From: an uncultured Nitrososphaerales archaeon
Lineage (GTDB): Archaea > Thermoproteota > Nitrososphaeria > Nitrososphaerales > Nitrososphaeraceae
Length of the DNA stretch: 64,000 nt
Direction: 5' to 3'
Assembly (NCBI GenBank): GCA_963709405.1
Contig: CAVPXM010000055.1
Span: 96,001-160,000 of the forward strand
The translations under genes and the position numbers were made by a program. Of this stretch, positions 1 through 11,092 are shown piece after piece. The notes below the pieces were generated by a model that worked only from the letters and a program-made list of their open reading frames with translations, was not told where the DNA came from and ran no database searches. Within the stretch, counting starts at the first letter, position 1. Each line of letters opens with the position of its first letter.

Positions 1-1
1 G

Positions 2-1354
2 GTACACCTGAAGGAACGTGGAATGTTGCCATCTGAAATTATGATATCGGAATCTCAGGAGAGGATGTTAGTCATTACTGATCAAGTCAAGCTAGCAAGT
101 CTAACAGCAGTTCTTGATAAGTATGGTACACGTTACTCAATTATAGGGACTGTAAAGGGGAATAGAAACCTAATCATCAGGGTCAAAGGAAAGATAATTA
201 TGAATATGACCTCCTCTTTTATCTGTCATGCCCCACAAATTAATAGAAAATCTTTAAAACCGAAAATTCAGAGGGACGTTACTATTCACGATTCCCACAA
301 AAGTCCTATCGATCTCGCAAAGAGTATCCTTCATCTCCTGTCTAATCCCAGTATTGCAAGTAAAGAGTGGATCTACCAGCAGTATGACCATGAGGTTGGT
401 ATTAGAACGGTTTTGAAGCCAGGAAAGGCCGATTCGAGTGTTCTAAGTTTAGAGAACGGCAAATTCTTGGCAATAAATCTGGATGGTAATTCCAAACAAT
501 GTAATTTAGATTCATATCAAGGTACCTTAAATGTTCTGTCGGAAGCATGCAGAAATGTTGTATGCACAGGTGGTTATCCAATAGCAATCTTTGATCATCT
601 TCAGTTCGGAAGCCCCGAAAAGCCAGACATCTTTTGGACCTTCAAACAGACCATCCAGGCAATTATTGATTTTTGTGATTTCATGGCTCTGCCAGTAATA
701 GGTGGAAAGGTTAGCTTTTATAACGAGACTCCGGAAGGCCCCATCAAACCTTCACCAGTGATCGGCGCCATCGGTCTGATAGATCAGGCAGAATTGATAA
801 CGCAACCAGGTTTGCAATCTAATAATTCTCTCTTTATAATTGGGAACACAAAGGATGAACTGGGGGGCTCAGAATATTTTCAAACAATAAGGAATATGAC
901 TGGAGGAAGAGTACCTAAGGTAGATTTCGAGGTAGACAAGCGGAATACTAGAGCTGTTTCAAAACTAATCCGTCGTAATGTTGTGACATCCCTCCATGAC
1001 TGTTCAAAAGGAGGGTTAGCTATAGCACTTTGCGAAATGGCTATAGCTGGAGAGACTGGCTTTGACGTCTCTTTGGACAAGATCCCTAATTCTTGCTCTA
1101 GCATAGAGAATCTACTGTTCTCAGAATCTGCTTCCAGATACATACTGGGAACCGACGATCCAGACAAGGTCCAAAAGCTACTCTCTGCAATTGACGGAAT
1201 AGAATACTCCGAAATAGGCTCATCTACTGGTAAAGGAGCCGATGCCATACTGTACTCTCGAAAAATGACGGTACCTGTAACGCTATCTTATGAAAATCTA
1301 GTACGAAGATATGGGATATTGGAAGCTATTATGGAACAGAATTTTAAAGATTGA
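2..1354 (+). CDS. purL: Phosphoribosylformylglycinamidine synthase subunit PurL, C-terminal part (5' truncated by window edge)
   Basis: EIMISESQERM, QYDHEVG, GGKVSFYNET, HDCSKGGL and LFSES motifs; frame is open back to position 2. Confidence 0.95.
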   Translation, partial: VHLKERGMLPSEIMISESQERMLVITDQVKLASLTAVLDKYGTRYSIIGTVKGNRNLIIRVKGKIIMNMTSSFICHAPQINRKSLKPKIQRDVTIHDSHKSPIDLAKSILHLLSNPSIASKEWIYQQYDHEVGIRTVLKPGKADSSVLSLENGKFLAINLDGNSKQCNLDSYQGTLNVLSEACRNVVCTGGYPIAIFDHLQFGSPEKPDIFWTFKQTIQAIIDFCDFMALPVIGGKVSFYNETPEGPIKPSPVIGAIGLIDQAELITQPGLQSNNSLFIIGNTKDELGGSEYFQTIRNMTGGRVPKVDFEVDKRNTRAVSKLIRRNVVTSLHDCSKGGLAIALCEMAIAGETGFDVSLDKIPNSCSSIENLLFSESASRYILGTDDPDKVQKLLSAIDGIEYSEIGSSTGKGADAILYSRKMTVPVTLSYENLVRRYGILEAIMEQNFKD

Positions 1355-1576
1355 CATCAAATTGCAGAAGGATTTGGATCTGCCGCAACCGTGATAGTGA
1401 AGTGAGAATTGCTGTGGTCTAGTCTGCACAGTCACTGAATTCGACACATTTTTTAGTGGATTCAGATAAATAAATGTACATTTGGAAACCAGTGGTTTAC
1501 GAATTGATTTATTTATACGTACTGGTACTATTTTAGGCGTTTATTTAGGATTAAGCAATGTTACGTGGATGCGATA

Positions 1577-3012
1577 ATGGTACGCGAGAATTCGGCGTAT
1601 TTGGCGCGTTTTCAACAAACGGCAATAATGTGATACCCTTTGTCATAGATTGCCTTAGAGCTTTACAACACCGGGGTCAAGAGGCTTGGGGTATCGCTAT
1701 TCCTCGTAGAATGCCGTTCAAGAGATTGGGTCTGGTCTCTGCATCAGGTCCTGAGTTTAAGAGTATTTCCAAAAAATATAGATCTGACGTTGCTATCGGC
1801 CATGTTAGATACTCTACCTTTGGTAAGAGTACCCTAAGTAATGCTCAACCTATTAAGGTGAAGGATCTCTGTATAGCTCATAATGGTACGATAGCAAATG
1901 TAGAAGAAATGTCTGGTATGGTTGGAGGATGTACCTTCACACCTCACACAATGAGCGACACCCTCGTTGCTGCGCAGAGACTCATAATGCACCTGGATAA
2001 TAATCATAGTATGAAGGATTCCATTTCCATTTTAAAGAGCGAGATGGTGGGCTCATTTTGTTTTATGTTTCTGACTGACGATGGTTCAGTTTATGCCGCA
2101 AGGGATCCTAGAGGTTTCAGACCATTGGTCCTTGGAACTCATGTAGAAACGAACACATTCATGGTTGCTTCAGAGTCGTGTGCTTTTTCAGCAGTTGGAG
2201 CGAACTTAATAAGAGATGTTGAACCAGGAGAAATTATCAAGCTAGATAGATATGGGATTAAAAGTGAACACTTTGCGGATGAATCTCATTCACATTGCGC
2301 TTTCGAATTTACGTATTTTGCCCACCCGACCAGCATAATGGAAAGGGTCAACGTATATCTGGCTAGGAAACGGATTGGACACTTACTTGCAAAAAAATAC
2401 CCGATTTTGGATGCAGATTTGGTAATCCCAGTACCTGATTCCGCTAGGCCAGCGGCTCTAGGATACTCAGAAGCACTTGGTTTACCAATCGAGGAGGGAC
2501 TATTAAAAAACAGATATAGTAAGAAGGGCTCTATGCGTAGTTTCATAGAGCCTTACGGCGAAACAAGAGTAGAAATCAATAAAGGAATTATACCAATAAG
2601 AGAACTTATTCATGGGAATAAGATCGTAGTGATTGACGATAGCATAGTTAGAGGTACCAGCTCGCATTCGATTGTAAAAATGTTACGTGGGGCTGGTGCT
2701 AAAGAAATTAGCGTGATAGTCACCTATCCACCCATTCGTTTTCCCTGCTACGCGGGCATTGATTTTCCATCGCAGGAAGAGCTCATCGCGTATCAAGAAA
2801 CCAAGAATGATAATACCATAGAAAAAATTGGATCAAATATATCGAAAATAATTGGCGCCGATTTTACAGGGTATAACGACACATCTAGCCTCGCACAGGC
2901 AATTGGAATTCCAGAAGATCAGCTTTGCTTTACTTGTTCTACCGGTGACTATTCTTCCCTAGGGATTAAGCCAATATTCCGAACTAGGAAGCAGATGAAA
3001 GGAGAAGAGTGA
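1577..3012 (+). CDS. purF: Amidophosphoribosyltransferase; likely true start ATG 1577 with a 1-bp deletion near 1592
   Basis: LQHRGQE, GHVRYST, HNG and VVIDDSIVRGT (PRPP) motifs; ATG GTA CGC GAG AAT T(G)C GGC would give MVRENCG with the catalytic Cys. Confidence 0.93.
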
Positions 3013-3111
3013 ATCTTTTCGATTCTGATCATGGTGCTACGATCAAAATAGGGATTTCGAGCTCACCTGTGAAAAGGCCTAACCTGTCCAAGATATCCGA
3101 ATTAAATCAAA

Positions 3112-3603
3112 TCAATTTTTTCTTTCGACATCCCTAGCGCCTTGCAATACCTTATGCTCAGTATCTTCTCTATATTTGCGAAGCTTGGATGACAACTCTT
3201 CATCACTGATCGCCAAGATCTGGCAAGCCAATATGGCAGCGTTCTTGGAACCATTGATTGCTACCGTAGCCACAGGAACTCCAAATGGCATCTGAACGAT
3301 TGAGAGTAAGGAATCTATGCCCTCAAGGGAAATCCTGATTGGCACTCCAATGACAGGTATAGTTGTTAATGAAGCTAGCATCCCTGGCAAATGAGCTGCA
3401 CCGCCGGCTCCAGCGATGATGACCCTAATCCCGCGAGTCCCACAAGTCCGGCCATATTCAATCATCTTATCTACGGTCCTATGGGCAGAAACGATTTTAA
3501 GCTCATATCTTACATCAAAGAGCTTCAGGACTTCAGCGGCTCCAAGCATGACATTGAGATCAGATTCGCTTCCCATCAAAATACCTACAACATTTTCTGT
3601 CAA
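3112..3603 (-). CDS. purE: N5-CAIR mutase
   Basis: [23 protein letters not shown] and SIVQMP motifs. Confidence 0.97.
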   Translation of the reverse strand: MTENVVGILMGSESDLNVMLGAAEVLKLFDVRYELKIVSAHRTVDKMIEYGRTCGTRGIRVIIAGAGGAAHLPGMLASLTTIPVIGVPIRISLEGIDSLLSIVQMPFGVPVATVAINGSKNAAILACQILAISDEELSSKLRKYREDTEHKVLQGARDVERKN

Positions 3604-3615
3604 CTCAATTCGCCT

Positions 3616-4791
3616 CTAATTTGCTTGAATTATCTTCAAAGATCTGTTAGCAAGCTCTGCTCTCCGCATAGATTGTATTAATGAGTTAGCCACGGCAGTG
3701 ATATGTCCGAGCTTCCTCCGAGGTTTGGTTATCATCTTACCGTAGAGATGAAGTTTTACCCCCGGTATGGAGAGAAGTGTTGTCAGTCCTGTCAGAGCAT
3801 ATGACCCTTGAAATTCGTTTGGTCCTAATACATTGTACATAGTTGCGGGTGACAATAATTCTGGTTTGCAGAGAGGAAGGTCCAAGACCGCTCGCAAATG
3901 TTGTTCGAATTGTGATACCGAAGAGGCCTCGATAGTATAATGTCCTGAATTGTGCGGACGAGGTGCAATCTCGTTCAACATCACCTTTTCATCAGCCGTT
4001 ACAAACATCTCTATACCAAAAATGCCTGTGGTTTTGAAAGCACGCATCACTTCACAGGCAATTTTTGTTGCCTTTCTCTTGATGTTGTTTGAAACCCTAG
4101 CAGGCACAATAGTCCGGTCCAATATTCCTTGCTTATGAAAGTTTTCCGCGACAGGAAAACTTTCTATCTGTCCACTTCCATTTCTAGCAACCATTATAGA
4201 TATCTCCTTTTCAAACTCCACGAACCTTTCAAGCATACATTGTCTGCCGGCAAAATACTTGAATGCGTCATGAATTTGATCGAGAGAGTTTATGAAATAG
4301 TTTCCCTTTCCATCATATCCATCTTCGCACGCCTTCAGAATTACCGGTAACCCATACGTCCTTGATCCACGGATCAGATCCTCTTCTGAGTTAATAATGG
4401 TAAAATTTGCAACAGGAATTTTATTTTTCTTCATAAAACTCTTTTGTCTATACTTATTTTGTATAATATAGAGCGTCTCCGGTGAAGGATATATTTTGTA
4501 ATTCCTGGATCTCAGATCCATCAACACAGCAGAATTAGTAAGCTCAATTTCATAAGTCAGCAGGTCGGATTTACTTGCCAATAATTTGATAGATTTGTCA
4601 TTTTTGAAATCGGAAACTATTAGCTCATCGCAAACTTTTGAGGCTGGGCAATTTGGGTCTGGATCTAAGATTACTACTTTAAGTGACATTCGTTTTGCCT
4701 CCTGCGACAACATTTTTCCAAGCTGTCCTCCGCCTATTATTCCTACGGAAGGCGGATCTGCCAGACTGAATCCTCCCTTTACCAAATGCAT
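3616..4791 (-). CDS. purK: N5-CAIR synthetase (ATP-grasp)
   Basis: GGGQLGKM, GYDGKG, NEIAPRPHNSGH and RKLGH motifs; adjacent to purE. Confidence 0.96.
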   Translation of the reverse strand: MHLVKGGFSLADPPSVGIIGGGQLGKMLSQEAKRMSLKVVILDPDPNCPASKVCDELIVSDFKNDKSIKLLASKSDLLTYEIELTNSAVLMDLRSRNYKIYPSPETLYIIQNKYRQKSFMKKNKIPVANFTIINSEEDLIRGSRTYGLPVILKACEDGYDGKGNYFINSLDQIHDAFKYFAGRQCMLERFVEFEKEISIMVARNGSGQIESFPVAENFHKQGILDRTIVPARVSNNIKRKATKIACEVMRAFKTTGIFGIEMFVTADEKVMLNEIAPRPHNSGHYTIEASSVSQFEQHLRAVLDLPLCKPELLSPATMYNVLGPNEFQGSYALTGLTTLLSIPGVKLHLYGKMITKPRRKLGHITAVANSLIQSMRRAELANRSLKIIQAN

Positions 4792-4854
4792 CTAATTGAT
4801 AATCGTCTGGCTAAATCAAATTAATAGTATTCGCATTATCGAACGACCTGCAAC

Positions 4855-5356
4855 ATGAATATATTACTAACATTAAATATTGATACATCTTTTATTTGCA
4901 CATACATTGCGAGCATTCATAAAAATCCAAATATACCTCTCAATCAAAGAGACCTATTGAAAGACATCTTTCAGCGATTTTGCGACAAGATCATACAGCT
5001 GGATAAATCTATTCGATTTGCAGGGCTTGCCGACGATCAGGGCGTATTATTAGGCGTTGCAGAAAGAGAGGGTCTAAAACCACTTTTAACTCCTGAACAG
5101 AGAGCTCAGTATGCTATCACTGGCAGCGACCAGGCAATACACTAGACTAAGGTGGCAATACCATCTTGGAAAGATCCATTATGCAAGCTCTCACTACTCT
5201 AAACTTGCAAGAGCGACCATTCCTATAACCGACTCTAACAACACACTAAAGTATGTATTATTACTTTCATTCGACGCTAAAACTGAAAATATACACGAAA
5301 TCATATCAGGTAAGATAATTCCAGAAGTGAAAAAGACTGGTAATGAGCTATCGTGA
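4855..5356 (+). CDS. Thaumarchaeal conserved protein (roadblock/profilin-like, DUF6659-type), split by a probable 1-bp insertion near 5122
   Basis: ORFs 4855-5145 and 5111-5356 join into ...SIRFAGLAD...GLKPLLT...AITAATRQYTR...LGKIHY if one G of TGGCA is removed; start uncertain. Confidence 0.6.
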
Positions 5357-5430
5357 AATATTGCTCAATTCCTAGGAGATGCGACCCAACCTTGCATCTA
5401 TAACTTTGTTTATAATGGTAAAGGCCAGAA

Positions 5431-6189
5431 TTACTGTTTGGCGGAGATGCCCCCATCCACGGTAATGACTGTTCCGGTAATCCACTTGGCATCTTGAGAA
5501 CAAAGATAGCTGACTGCCCCCGAGATGTCTTCTGGTTCCCCTATGCGTTGCAAAGGGAAAGATGACTCAAGCATCTGTCTTGCATTGTCGTCTTGGAGGT
5601 AAGGCTCGATTACAGGACTTTTAATTGTAGAGGGTGCAATGCAATTACATCTGATGCCATACTGACCATACTCAACTGCTATGCTCTTTGTCAACATAAT
5701 CACCCCTGCTTTCGTTACACCATAGACGGATAGTGGAACATTCGGTATAGACCTAATCCCAAGTAGAGACGAGATATTTATAATATTGCCTGCCTTTTTT
5801 TCAATCATGATAGGTAAAACAGATTTTATGGGCCTGAAAGTCCCGATGAGATTTACGTCGATCAGCATGTTCCATTGATCATCGTTCATTAGATGAAATG
5901 GAGTAGGATCGTTAATTGCGCCTACACTATTTACCAAAATATCAATAGTGTCAAATTTCGATATAGTTTGATCAATAGCACTCAAGACCTCAGCTTCTTT
6001 TGTAATATCAGTACGTATGGCTAACACTTCTCTCTTGTTACCAAGGCCAGCGCTAATCTCGGCAAGCTTAGTCCTGTCTCTTCCAATCAACACAACTTTG
6101 CATCCCTCTGAAAGCAATCTCTTAGCGGTAACTCTACCAACCCCTCCCGTAGCTCCAGTAATGATAGCGACCTTCCCCCTTAGTTTCAT
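5431..6189 (-). CDS. SDR-family NAD(P)-dependent oxidoreductase (FabG-like)
   Basis: TGATGGVG Rossmann motif, YGVTK catalytic motif, C-terminal VDGG. Confidence 0.9.
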   Translation of the reverse strand: MKLRGKVAIITGATGGVGRVTAKRLLSEGCKVVLIGRDRTKLAEISAGLGNKREVLAIRTDITKEAEVLSAIDQTISKFDTIDILVNSVGAINDPTPFHLMNDDQWNMLIDVNLIGTFRPIKSVLPIMIEKKAGNIINISSLLGIRSIPNVPLSVYGVTKAGVIMLTKSIAVEYGQYGIRCNCIAPSTIKSPVIEPYLQDDNARQMLESSFPLQRIGEPEDISGAVSYLCSQDAKWITGTVITVDGGISAKQ

Positions 6190-6429
6190 ACTTGGTACAA
6201 CCTATTGCCTTTTTAAAGTACTTTTCGCATTCTGTCATACTCGACAATAAATAAATGATATTCTGACCAGTGAATCTAATACAGACATTAGCGTCTCGTC
6301 AGCACTACACTTGTAAGGATTTCATTTACTAATCAATCGCCAAAGAATAAAAATACCTGAAAAGGATCAGTCGGATTTGCTACAAGTTAGTAAAAGATAC
6401 TTTAAGCTGTAAATCTAATTCAGGATTAG

Positions 6430-8253
6430 TTGGAATCCAAAAAGTTCGTGGTAGATACGAGCATAATCATAGATGGGGAAATAACAAGGATGCTCGAGCT
6501 TGAAAAGATCCGAACTGGCAGTGAAATAATCATACCCATAGCAGTTTTAGATGAGCTACAATCACAAGCGTCAGTCAATAAAGAACATGGCTTTGTGGGT
6601 CTAGAAGAAATTAGAAGAATTAGAGATCTTTGCTTTAAAAAGGAAATAATTCTCAATTTCATTGGCGAACGGCCTGGTTTAGAAGATATTAGATTAGCCA
6701 GACGTGGTAGAATTGATGCCATTATCAAAGATATCGCCTTAGCCGAAAATGCCACACTTGTAACTGCTGATCGAGTTCAATCGTTAGTTGCGGAAGCTCA
6801 GGGCGTGGATTCCATGTATATATCAAAGCCTCCTAAGGTATCAAATCTTTCGTTTGAAGATTACTTTGATGAAAATACGATGAGCGTCCACATAAAGGAG
6901 GGTGTTTGTCCGCTTGCCAAGAAGGGAATACCAGGCGAGTCCAAACTCATAAGGCTTAGGCAGGCTGCTACCTCACGGAAAGAAATTTCTGCTATTATAA
7001 CTGAAATTAGTGAAGCTTCACGAGTGAGTGGCTTTGGAACAGTCGAGATCAGTAGGAGCGGTGCAACGGTCATACAGTATGGTAAGTATCGGATTTCAAT
7101 TACTAGGCCACCATTCTCTGACGCTATCGAGGTAACAATAGTACAACCAATAGTCAAATTGTCCTTAAGTGATTATTCCATCTCAAAGAAGCTAACTGAG
7201 AAATTGTCAAATGGCGCCGAAGGTATCATTATATCTGGTCCTCCCGGATCAGGTAAGAGCACTTTTGCCAGTAGCTTGGCTAACTTTTACGTACTGAATG
7301 AGAAAATAGTTAAAACCTTTGAATCTCCACGAGATTTGCAGGTGCCGGCTGAGGTCACTCAATATGGACCGTTGGAAGGAAGTTTTGATAAAGCAATTGA
7401 CATCCTCTTGCTTGTAAGACCAGATTACACTATATTTGATGAAGTTAGAAGGGCTCCAGACTTTAGGGTATTTTCAGACATGAGATTAGCAGGAGTTGGA
7501 ATGGTAGGCGTTGTACACGCTAGCAGCCCACTTGACGCAATTCAGAGGTTTATAGGGAGGGTCGAATTAGGTATGATACCACATATCCTAGACACAATAA
7601 TATTCATTAAAGGAGGAAAAATTCAAAAGGTATATGAAATAAAGCTGACCGTAAAGGTACCGAGCGGAATGGCTGAAGCGGATCTTGCAAGACCGCTGGT
7701 TGAAGTACGAGACTTCGAATCCGGGGAAGTTGAATATGAAATTTATACTTATGGTGAGGAAAATGTCGTAGTACCTGTAACTGAATCAAAGTCGACTATT
7801 TCAGATAATCCGATGTTTAGATTGGCTGAATCTCGAATTAAGGATATAATAAGAAGGTTTGATCCCGAAGCGACTGTAAGCATTATTTCCAACAATCGCG
7901 CGCAAATCTTAGTCAGTAAGAATGTTGTTCCACGGATTATTGGTAAGGGTGGATCTACCGTTTCTGAGCTAGAAAAAATTCTCGGGATAAAGCTTGATGT
8001 TGATGTAAGAGATACCTTCACAGAGCAAGAAATAGACTTCGAATTAGACGAAATTGGTTCGTCAATTACAATTTATTTGCCTGATTCATTGATTGGTAAG
8101 ATGGTGGAAATTCATATTGATAATGAATACGCATTTAGTAGCCAGGTGGGAAAGAAGGCAAGAATCAAAATTGACAAAGGAACTGACAATGGAAAACGTC
8201 TGATCAACGCCTCTCGCGAAGCGCAAAAAATAAAGATATTTCGTTCAAAATAA
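6430..8253 (+). CDS. PINA-type ATPase (PIN + VirB11-like P-loop ATPase + KH)
   Basis: N-terminal VVDTS PIN motif, GPPGSGKST Walker A, IFDEVR Walker B, IIGKGG KH motif. Confidence 0.92.
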   Translation: MESKKFVVDTSIIIDGEITRMLELEKIRTGSEIIIPIAVLDELQSQASVNKEHGFVGLEEIRRIRDLCFKKEIILNFIGERPGLEDIRLARRGRIDAIIKDIALAENATLVTADRVQSLVAEAQGVDSMYISKPPKVSNLSFEDYFDENTMSVHIKEGVCPLAKKGIPGESKLIRLRQAATSRKEISAIITEISEASRVSGFGTVEISRSGATVIQYGKYRISITRPPFSDAIEVTIVQPIVKLSLSDYSISKKLTEKLSNGAEGIIISGPPGSGKSTFASSLANFYVLNEKIVKTFESPRDLQVPAEVTQYGPLEGSFDKAIDILLLVRPDYTIFDEVRRAPDFRVFSDMRLAGVGMVGVVHASSPLDAIQRFIGRVELGMIPHILDTIIFIKGGKIQKVYEIKLTVKVPSGMAEADLARPLVEVRDFESGEVEYEIYTYGEENVVVPVTESKSTISDNPMFRLAESRIKDIIRRFDPEATVSIISNNRAQILVSKNVVPRIIGKGGSTVSELEKILGIKLDVDVRDTFTEQEIDFELDEIGSSITIYLPDSLIGKMVEIHIDNEYAFSSQVGKKARIKIDKGTDNGKRLINASREAQKIKIFRSK

Positions 8254-8381
8254 TGGTTGTTCATGTTTGAAATATTGATGCTTACTTTTTCCTTATTTGG
8301 CAATATCAGAAATGTTAATTCTCATGGAAGACAGGCTTGGTCTAGGGCCAATTATCTGGATCATATAGGTAACGTGAGTTA

Positions 8382-9716
8382 ATGAAAATTGCATTAACAA
8401 TTGCAGGGAGCGATACCTCGGCAGGAGCAGGAATTCAAGCAGATCTCAAGACCTTTTTATCATTGGGAGTATATGGATGCACAGCTATCACGACGATAAC
8501 ATCTCAAAATAGCACTGGCATTTCAGGAATATTAGAGATACCTCCAAATATGATTGAAAGGCAAATTTTGGGAATACTGGACGATATCAAACCTGACGCA
8601 ATTAAAATAGGCATGATGTACGGCAAGAACGCGATCATTTCAGTCAGCAAGGTCTTGAAGGATTCTAAAATTCCTATGATATTGGATCCACTCATGATCG
8701 CAGGAACAGGAGAACGGCTTTTACATCCTGATGCAATCGCTGCACTGTGTTCTCATCTTTTACCGTTATCCACAGTAGTTACGCCTAATGTTTTCGAAGC
8801 ACAAGTACTGTCAAATATAAATATTACGTCACTAAACTCTGTAATTTCGGCGGCTTTCAAGATTAAGAAGATGGGTGCTACAAACGTTGTTGTGAAAGGA
8901 GGGCATTTGTCAGGGAGATTCTCGACAGATATAATTTTGAACTCCCAAAATCAAGTATCTAAAATCTCTAATCCCAGATTAAAGTACGAGCGAATGCACG
9001 GAGGAGGATGCACGTTTTCAGCATCTTTAACTGCGTACATCGCCAAAAATTTTTCGTTTAGCGATGCTTGCAAATTAGCGAATCGATTTACTAACGAGAC
9101 ATTAAGGACTAAGCTTCTGATTGGTCAGAAGCTGATTGTCAATAACCAGATGTCAAAACTCTACGCGCTTGCTGATAGCTACGAAGTCTTTGTCCATCTG
9201 CAACGTGCTGTTGAGATGATTGAGTCGACCCCTCGTTTTGGGAGATTGATACCTGAAACTCAATCAAACATAGCATATTCTATTGCTAATCCCGATGGGA
9301 CCGATGATATCATGGCCGTCAAAGGAAGAATAATCAAAGTGGGAGACATTGCGAAACCAGCATCGGGTTTGGCATTTGGTGCCTCAAAACATGTAGCGAT
9401 GGCAATTCTAGAATATATGAATTTCATCCCCGATGTGAGATCTGCGATGAACATAAAGCATGATCCAAGAGTTATCTCACTCGGCCGAAAGATTTTTTCA
9501 ATCGCAAGTTACGATCGTATGAAGGAACCTAAGCAATTGAAGAATAAAGAGGGACTCTCGATTTCTTGGGGGATTAAGCAAGCTCTACTAAAAAATCCCA
9601 GTGCCGAGCTTATATACCACAAGGGAGATTTTGCTAAGGAACCTATGACGATGGTATTTGCACCTACACCTGTGGAAGTGGTAAAGAAGATAAAACGTAT
9701 TCTACGAGATTATTAA
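8382..9716 (+). CDS. thiD: Bifunctional HMP/HMP-P kinase / thiamine-phosphate synthase (ThiDN)
   Basis: IAGSDTSAGAGIQADLKT and HGGGCTFS motifs; C-terminal ThiN domain (LIPETQSN, FGASKHVA). Confidence 0.92.
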   Translation: MKIALTIAGSDTSAGAGIQADLKTFLSLGVYGCTAITTITSQNSTGISGILEIPPNMIERQILGILDDIKPDAIKIGMMYGKNAIISVSKVLKDSKIPMILDPLMIAGTGERLLHPDAIAALCSHLLPLSTVVTPNVFEAQVLSNINITSLNSVISAAFKIKKMGATNVVVKGGHLSGRFSTDIILNSQNQVSKISNPRLKYERMHGGGCTFSASLTAYIAKNFSFSDACKLANRFTNETLRTKLLIGQKLIVNNQMSKLYALADSYEVFVHLQRAVEMIESTPRFGRLIPETQSNIAYSIANPDGTDDIMAVKGRIIKVGDIAKPASGLAFGASKHVAMAILEYMNFIPDVRSAMNIKHDPRVISLGRKIFSIASYDRMKEPKQLKNKEGLSISWGIKQALLKNPSAELIYHKGDFAKEPMTMVFAPTPVEVVKKIKRILRDY

Positions 9717-9776
9717 GATCATTTGGTGAAAGCTTTTTATAAATAGAAGATTTCGAACATCATTGAAGCTTAGCAA

Positions 9777-10511
9777 ATGAAAGCAGCTATTCTTGCCGGA
9801 GGCCTTGGCACTAGATTGCAACCTTACACCTTTTTCATACCTAAGCCGATGTTGCCGCTTGGTAATAAGCCACTGTTAGAGCACATCATAGAATGGCTAA
9901 AGAGTAAGCGAGGTGGGAAGATCGATCATGTTGTACTATGCGTAAGCTACTTACATAGAGCAATAGAAGAGTATTTCGAGAACGGAGCTAGATTCGGTAT
10001 CGAGATTGAATATGCAAGATCAGATCGTCCCCTTGCAACTGCTGGGCAGCTGAAGACTGCAGAAAAGCACCTTCAAGATGAAAGCTTTGTGTGTGTATAT
10101 GGTGATTCCATCTATGAATTTAATCTCGATAGGATGATAATTGAGCACAATAATTCACATGCGTTCCTTTCAATGGCTTTGTTGTCATATAAGACAAAGC
10201 TAAAGTATGGTTTTATTGATATAGATTCAAGCAATTCCACGGATGGTCCTGATTGTAGGGTAACAAAATGGAGAGAAAAGCCTGAGATCACCGGCCTTAT
10301 TAATATCGGTTGTTATGTAGTTGAACCAGAGTTCTTGAAGCTAATTCCAAAATCTAGTACCTTTGGAATGGATGATGCCGTCAGAAAAGCCCTTGATGAC
10401 AACAAGATGATAAAAGGCTTCAAAACTAAGTCTGGATTTATTGATATAGGTGACAAAAGGTCTTATCTTCAAGCTTACAAAAAGTACGTAGAAAGATTAG
10501 GAAGAATATAG
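9777..10511 (+). CDS. Sugar-phosphate nucleotidyltransferase
   Basis: ILAGGLGTRL...PKPML signature. Confidence 0.9.
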   Translation: MKAAILAGGLGTRLQPYTFFIPKPMLPLGNKPLLEHIIEWLKSKRGGKIDHVVLCVSYLHRAIEEYFENGARFGIEIEYARSDRPLATAGQLKTAEKHLQDESFVCVYGDSIYEFNLDRMIIEHNNSHAFLSMALLSYKTKLKYGFIDIDSSNSTDGPDCRVTKWREKPEITGLINIGCYVVEPEFLKLIPKSSTFGMDDAVRKALDDNKMIKGFKTKSGFIDIGDKRSYLQAYKKYVERLGRI

Positions 10512-10607
10512 GTCCAGGTTAGTTTGTTTCATCAAGATTTTCCGTCGAATTTTTCATGAGATGGCAATTTTGAGTAGTAGTATCTGGTGCTCAAAGGGAG
10601 AGCCTAT

Positions 10608-11054
10608 TCATTTAAGACTGATTCTATTTTTTCTTTTATCTCGAGCACTCAGGAACTGGTAGATTCCTATAAGTATTACTGCTATTCCTGCTATAAGAAA
10701 TACATAGTTTAGTGGCTCAAAGTTCGATATCATCATTCTTTCAGGTATTTTGGTAACGACAGACTTTAATGAAACGATACCACTAATAAGTATTATACCT
10801 GCCGCTAAAAGAATGAGTCCGGCATTCTTATTACGAGAACCTTTTGTCATTGCAAAAACAATACCGCATAGTACCAAAGCTGGTGCACCCGATATTGATA
10901 CGATTTGTACGATTATTGCAGTGGGATCAACAACGGTATTCGGACCATTACCATTTGGGCCTATTAAAAAATTATAGAATGACAATAGGAGAGCTACATA
11001 CATAGCGCAGAGTCCTAAGCAGGCGAAACTAAGCCAGGTCTCAAGTTTCGCCAT
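10608..11054 (-). CDS. Conserved membrane protein (about 4 TM helices)
   Basis: Four hydrophobic segments and a basic C-terminal tail. Confidence 0.7.
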   Translation of the reverse strand: MAKLETWLSFACLGLCAMYVALLLSFYNFLIGPNGNGPNTVVDPTAIIVQIVSISGAPALVLCGIVFAMTKGSRNKNAGLILLAAGIILISGIVSLKSVVTKIPERMMISNFEPLNYVFLIAGIAVILIGIYQFLSARDKRKNRISLK

Positions 11055-11092
11055 GCAATATCCTCATACTTACCATAATAAATAACATATCA

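Noticed and set aside
6430-8253. PIN-domain ATPase as a toxin/defence or secretion gene
   Set aside because: The PIN-ATPase-KH architecture is the conserved archaeal housekeeping PINA protein.
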